20,000 nt of DNA from an uncultured virus (IMG/VR IMGVR_UViG_640069328_000004) (Duplodnaviria; Heunggongvirae; Uroviricota; Caudoviricetes), in IMG/VR virus record IMGVR_UViG_640069328_000004; one strand, 5' to 3'. Below, one piece after another: positions 16,605-20,000 of the stretch. Each line of letters starts with the position of its first letter. The stretch's first letter is position 1. A program made the position numbers and the translations under genes. Below the pieces are notes generated by a model. That model ran no database searches. It saw only the letters and a program-made list of their open reading frames with translations, and had not been told where the DNA came from.

Positions 16605-16766
16605 GCGCCCTTCCTCGGGGCGCCTGTAGCGCCCCTCAGGCAGGGGCCGGGCTGCTGTAACAGCCCGAACCACGCGGCCAATGTGCAACCGTCGACCGCG
16701 CCAGCCTGTCCGAAGCCTTTCAGACTGCCTGCCACCCCTCGCGAGGGCAGGCGCCTTGTGAGGCAG
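16605..16766 (+). promoter_or_regulatory. Highly structured leader upstream of the methyltransferase (candidate cis-regulatory RNA)
   Basis: Consecutive and overlapping inverted repeats at 16605-16623, 16617-16635, 16631-16647, 16648-16667, 16727-16752 and 16753-16764. Confidence 0.5.
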
Positions 16767-16775
16767 AATCACCTT

Positions 16776-17582
16776 ATGAAACAAGTACCTCCCGCCGCCC
16801 CGGTGGCCCCGTGGCTCGGCGGCAAGAAACGTCTCCACCCGCTCATCCTCGAGCGGATCGAGGCCATCCCGCACCGCGCCTATGTCGAGCCCTTCGTCGG
16901 CATGGGCGGGATCTTCCTCCGCCGCAGGTTCCGGCCCCGGCTCGAAGTGATGAACGACCGCAACGGCGAGATCATCAACCTCTTCCGGATCCTGCAGCGC
17001 CACTACCCGCAGCTCCTCGAGATCATGCGCTTCCAGATCTGCAGCCGGCGCGAGTTCGACCGGCTGCGCCTCACCGACCCGGCCACGCTCACCGACCTCG
17101 AGCGGGCCGCCCGGTTCCTCTATCTCCAGCGGCTCAGCTTCGGCGGCAAGCTCGACGGGGTCTTCGGCGTCTCGGCCGGGCACGGGCCGCGCTTCTCGCT
17201 CGCGCGGCTCGAGCCGGTGCTCGACGCCGCCCACGAGCGGCTCGATGGCGTCGTCTTCGAGAGCCTCGACTGGGCCGACCTGATCCCGCGCTACGACACG
17301 GCCGAGACGCTCTTCTATCTCGACCCGCCCTATTTCGGCGGCGAGAACGACTACGGCCGCGGGATCTTCGACCGAGCGCAGTTCGCGCGGATCGCCGAGA
17401 TCCTCGGGAGCCTGAAGGGCGCCTTCCTCCTGTCGATCAATGACACGCCGGAGATCCGGATGCTCTTCGACCGGTTCCACCTCGAGCCGGTGCGGCTGAA
17501 TTACTCGGTCTCCGCTTCGGGCAGCACCGAGGCGCAGGAGCTCCTCGTCTCGAACCGCGAGCGGATCGCGACCCTCCTCTGA
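16776..17582 (+). CDS. DNA adenine methyltransferase, D12/Dam family (orphan)
   Basis: Motifs PWLGGKKRL, YVEPFVGMGGIF, EVMNDRNGEIINLF and FYLDPPY. Start ATG 16776 (GTG 16758 possible). Target sequence not determinable, so no gene symbol is given. Confidence 0.95.
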   Translation: MKQVPPAAPVAPWLGGKKRLHPLILERIEAIPHRAYVEPFVGMGGIFLRRRFRPRLEVMNDRNGEIINLFRILQRHYPQLLEIMRFQICSRREFDRLRLTDPATLTDLERAARFLYLQRLSFGGKLDGVFGVSAGHGPRFSLARLEPVLDAAHERLDGVVFESLDWADLIPRYDTAETLFYLDPPYFGGENDYGRGIFDRAQFARIAEILGSLKGAFLLSINDTPEIRMLFDRFHLEPVRLNYSVSASGSTEAQELLVSNRERIATLL

Positions 17583-17608
17583 AAAACCCCACCAGCCCGA
17601 CCACCGAT

Positions 17609-17632
17609 GCCCCGCCCTCGCGCGGGGCTTTT
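17609..17632 (+). terminator. Intrinsic terminator-like hairpin between methyltransferase and endolysin
   Basis: GCCCCGC-CCTCGC-GCGGGGC-TTTT. Confidence 0.7.
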
Positions 17633-17648
17633 GCATATGGAGAAAGAC

Positions 17649-18446
17649 GTGACGACATCCGACATCCAGCGGCTGCTCGCAGCCGCGGGGCTCTACCGGG
17701 GCGCCATCGACGGAGATGCGGGGCCGCTGACCCAGGCGGCCGCACTCGCCGCGCTCGAGGGAGAGCCGGCGCCCTGGCGCTCCTGGCCCTCCCGCCGGCA
17801 GCGGATCGCGGCCGGACAGGCGGTTCTGGCGCGCCTCGGCCATGCGCCGGGCCGGATCGACGGGCTCCTCGGGCCGAACACCCGCGAGGCGCTGACCGCC
17901 TGGGCCTCCGGGCCGGTGCGGGCCGCCGTCGAGCGGCTGCCGCTGCCGGGCCATGCGGTGGCCGATACCCAGGGCGCCTACCCGCGGCAGGAGTCTGTCG
18001 CCACCTTCTATGGCGTGGCAGGCGGTCCCGACTGCACGGCCGGGATCGTCGAGCTGCCGATCCCGTTCCGCCTCGCCTGGGATCTCAACACGAGCATCAC
18101 GAGCTTCCGCTGCCACAGGCTGGTGGCCGCGCCGATGACGCGGATCTTCCGCGAGGCGGTGGCGCACTATGGCGCTGCCCAGTTCGAGCGGCTGCGGCTG
18201 AACCTCTTCGGCGGCTGCTTCAACCACCGGCCCATGCGCGGTGGCTCGGCCCTCTCCATGCACGCCTGGGGGATCGCCGTCGATCTCGACCCCGAGCGCA
18301 ACCCGCTCCGCTGGGGCCGCGACCGGGCGAGCTTCGCCGCGCCCGCCTACGAGCCCTTCTGGACCATCGTCGAAGCCGCCGGCGCCACCAGCCTCGGCCG
18401 CGCCTGCAACCGCGACTGGATGCACTTCCAGTTCGCCCGCCTCTGA
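17649..18446 (+). CDS. Endolysin: N-terminal peptidoglycan-binding domains plus M15-family Zn peptidase
   Basis: PG-binding-1-like repeats (IQRLL...YRGAIDGDAGPLT; QAVLARLG...GRIDGLLGPNTREAL). M15 motifs SMHAWGIAVD and DWMHFQ. GTG 17649 with GGAG SD (ATG 17637 possible). Confidence 0.92.
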   Translation: MTTSDIQRLLAAAGLYRGAIDGDAGPLTQAAALAALEGEPAPWRSWPSRRQRIAAGQAVLARLGHAPGRIDGLLGPNTREALTAWASGPVRAAVERLPLPGHAVADTQGAYPRQESVATFYGVAGGPDCTAGIVELPIPFRLAWDLNTSITSFRCHRLVAAPMTRIFREAVAHYGAAQFERLRLNLFGGCFNHRPMRGGSALSMHAWGIAVDLDPERNPLRWGRDRASFAAPAYEPFWTIVEAAGATSLGRACNRDWMHFQFARL

Positions 18447-18458
18447 AGGAGAAACCCC

Positions 18459-18941
18459 ATGTCCCCGATCTTCGCCCTTACCCTCGCTTTCTGTGTGTCC
18501 GCCTTCATCCTGCTCGTCGGCTGGCCGCTGGTCGCAATCCTCGCCCGGGTGGCCGGCTCGGTGACCGCGGCCGCGATCCTCGCCACCCTCGCCGTCCCTG
18601 CCGCCGCCTCGACCGGCAGCGATCTTCTGACCGCGCTGACGCCGAGCCTCTTCGATCTCGCGGGCGTGGTGCTGACCGCGCTGATCGGCTTCGCGACCGT
18701 CCGCTTCCAACGCTGGACCGGGATACAGATCGAAGCCCGGCACCGCGAGGCGCTGCACTCTGCCATCATGACCGCCGCGCGGGTGGCCGTGGCGCGGGGT
18801 CTTACGTGCAAGGTCGCGAGCGAATTCGTCGCAGCCTACGTCCGCGCCTCCGTACCCGATGCCCTGAAGCGCCTTTCGCCATCGGCCGAGACGCTCGATG
18901 CGCTTGTCCGCTCTAAGCTGCTTGAGGTGGCCAGGCACTGA
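18459..18941 (+). CDS. Phage membrane protein, possible second holin or lysis accessory protein
   Basis: AAGGAG SD, directly after the endolysin. About three hydrophobic segments followed by a soluble helical tail (IQIEARHREALHSAI). Confidence 0.65.
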   Translation: MSPIFALTLAFCVSAFILLVGWPLVAILARVAGSVTAAAILATLAVPAAASTGSDLLTALTPSLFDLAGVVLTALIGFATVRFQRWTGIQIEARHREALHSAIMTAARVAVARGLTCKVASEFVAAYVRASVPDALKRLSPSAETLDALVRSKLLEVARH

Positions 18942-18956
18942 CGATCCCGTCCGCTC

Positions 18957-18981
18957 GGGGCGCGGCAACCGACCGCGCCCC
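18957..18981. terminator. GC-rich hairpin after the last late gene
   Basis: GGGGCGCGG-CAACCGA-CCGCGCCCC, 9-bp stem, between convergent genes. No clear U tract. Confidence 0.5.
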
Positions 18982-19190
18982 TATGAACGCACCGCGCCCA
19001 TGGCGGCCATTCCGGCTTACCTGACGTATGCACTAAAGCCGTTGTTTGGCCATCAAGGCTTTCAAGGGAGATTTGTGCCTAAAATTCACCTATTCAATGC
19101 GCTCCTAACTAAACCAGACGGCCGGTCTCTTTGCGTGTAGTTTCCGGAGATCGTGCGCGACACACTCGGTGCAGTCACTCTGAAAACGCC

Positions 19191-20000
19191 TTAGTCTTGA
19201 TAGCGCCGGCCGCCGGGGTAGCTCAGCAGATCACGCAACTCCGTGCCGTTGCGCAGGGCGTTGCGAGCATCCTCATCCGATCCCGGGGAGATCGCTTTAA
19301 CAGCGATAAAGGACGTCGAAAGCGACCGCTTTGCGGGCCGCCACGCGAAGGGCGGCTCCGCGCGAATCCACGGCGGGATGCCGTTTCTAAATATATGCGT
19401 GTCCAAGAAGAGATTCGGCCCGCGGAAGCCGCCAGCCTTCCCTGACTGTTCCGCCTCATAGGCGCGGGTGAACGCAAAGTTTGCCTGAAGCTGCGGGACG
19501 ATATCGAAGACGCGCCTAACCCGTCGGACCTGAGCTACCGCAGTATCGCGACTGATGTCACCCCGGGCGAGCGCATCGATGATCGCTGTCAGGGCGTTTT
19601 GTTGGGCGATGATGCCGGCGTTGGCGCCTCTCGCACGAAGGCCAACTGCGATCACGGCTCGCAAGCCCGGACCTTCATTGCGAAGATCGGCGCGCGTGGC
19701 CTCGTTGTAGAGTGCCCAGCAGCGCTCGACGAAGCGCCACGCTTTGTCGCTGCGCGCATCCTCGATATTGCTCTGTGCGACGGCGCCGTCATTAACGACT
19801 AAAGTAGGAAATGCCGCGCTGCTATGTTCGCGCACGATGCGCTGGAATGCCCGCAGCCGCGCTATTGGCCGGGCGGCCTCGGAGTGGACGGGATCGAAGC
19901 ACGCCTGTTCGATAGAGCTTCCGTAACCCAGCAGATCGAACCAGCACGCGATCGACACGATCGACGACGATGCTTGGCGATGCGAGGACCCGCCATTCAT
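19191..20000 (-). CDS. Divergent class III nucleotidyl cyclase-like (palm fold) protein; may extend beyond the window
   Basis: CWFDLLGY (cf. F-x-D-I-x-G-F), VVNDGAV (second Asp), LRAVIAVG (cf. R-x-G-I-x-x-G) and AFTRAYEAEQ (cf. A-x-x-x-A-x-x-L-E) occur in the right order. ATG sits at the window edge. Confidence 0.6.
   Translation of the reverse strand: MNGGSSHRQASSSIVSIACWFDLLGYGSSIEQACFDPVHSEAARPIARLRAFQRIVREHSSAAFPTLVVNDGAVAQSNIEDARSDKAWRFVERCWALYNEATRADLRNEGPGLRAVIAVGLRARGANAGIIAQQNALTAIIDALARGDISRDTAVAQVRRVRRVFDIVPQLQANFAFTRAYEAEQSGKAGGFRGPNLFLDTHIFRNGIPPWIRAEPPFAWRPAKRSLSTSFIAVKAISPGSDEDARNALRNGTELRDLLSYPGGRRYQD

Larger units (their letters stand above)
1..18981 (+). mobile_element. Lambda-like siphovirus (pro)phage morphogenesis and lysis region; starts before the window, right boundary not determined
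   Basis: Canonical co-oriented gene order: portal, protease, decoration, capsid, head-tail, tail tube, chaperones, tape measure, fibre, holin, endolysin. Several start/stop overlaps (ATGA, TGATG). No att site or integrase is visible. Confidence 0.95.

Noticed and set aside
16520..16620. Possible minus-strand pseudogene fragment (..ALERR*AWTDSALLDRKTVVLPQ*)
   Set aside because: Too short, and no recognisable homology without a search.
16503..16757. Long N-terminal extension of the methyltransferase ORF
   Set aside because: Family motifs start near ATG 16776. The region looks like a structured non-coding leader.
15127..17582. Classical restriction-modification pair (moron gene as endonuclease for the methyltransferase)
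   Set aside because: No PD-(D/E)xK, HNH or GIY-YIG motif was recognised in either moron ORF. Their composition and orientation also differ from the methyltransferase.
16584..18968. 794-aa minus-strand ORF across the methyltransferase and endolysin genes
   Set aside because: Shadow frame opposite three well-supported + strand genes.
18972..19003. Short direct repeat ACCGCGCCC(CT)ATG x2 as an att site or CRISPR remnant
   Set aside because: Only two short GC-rich copies, with no spacer array, tRNA or integrase to support it.

Overview
This window is the structural and lysis end of a lambda-like (siphovirus) phage or prophage from a very GC-rich host. An alphaproteobacterium of the Rhodobacter/Cereibacter type is plausible, but that is inference. 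The + strand carries, in order: portal (5' truncated), S49 head protease with a nested scaffold, head decoration protein, major capsid protein, head-tail joining protein, putative tail terminator, tail tube, G/G-T tail chaperones joined by a -1 slippery site, a 1724-aa tape measure protein, one CBM-like tail-tip protein, a tail fibre with two small partners, holin, a D12-class adenine methyltransferase, an M15 endolysin and a membrane protein. Two visibly lower-GC, minus-strand accessory inserts interrupt or flank the lysis module. The first is a gene pair: a small papain-fold (C39/Josephin-like) cysteine peptidase plus an RlmJ-like Rossmann-fold protein with a variant DPDN motif. The second is a divergent class III nucleotidyl-cyclase-like gene at the window edge. 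These inserts are the best candidates for uncharacterised, possibly anti-phage, systems. A hairpin-dense leader precedes the methyltransferase. All family calls come from motif recognition by eye; no database searches were run.
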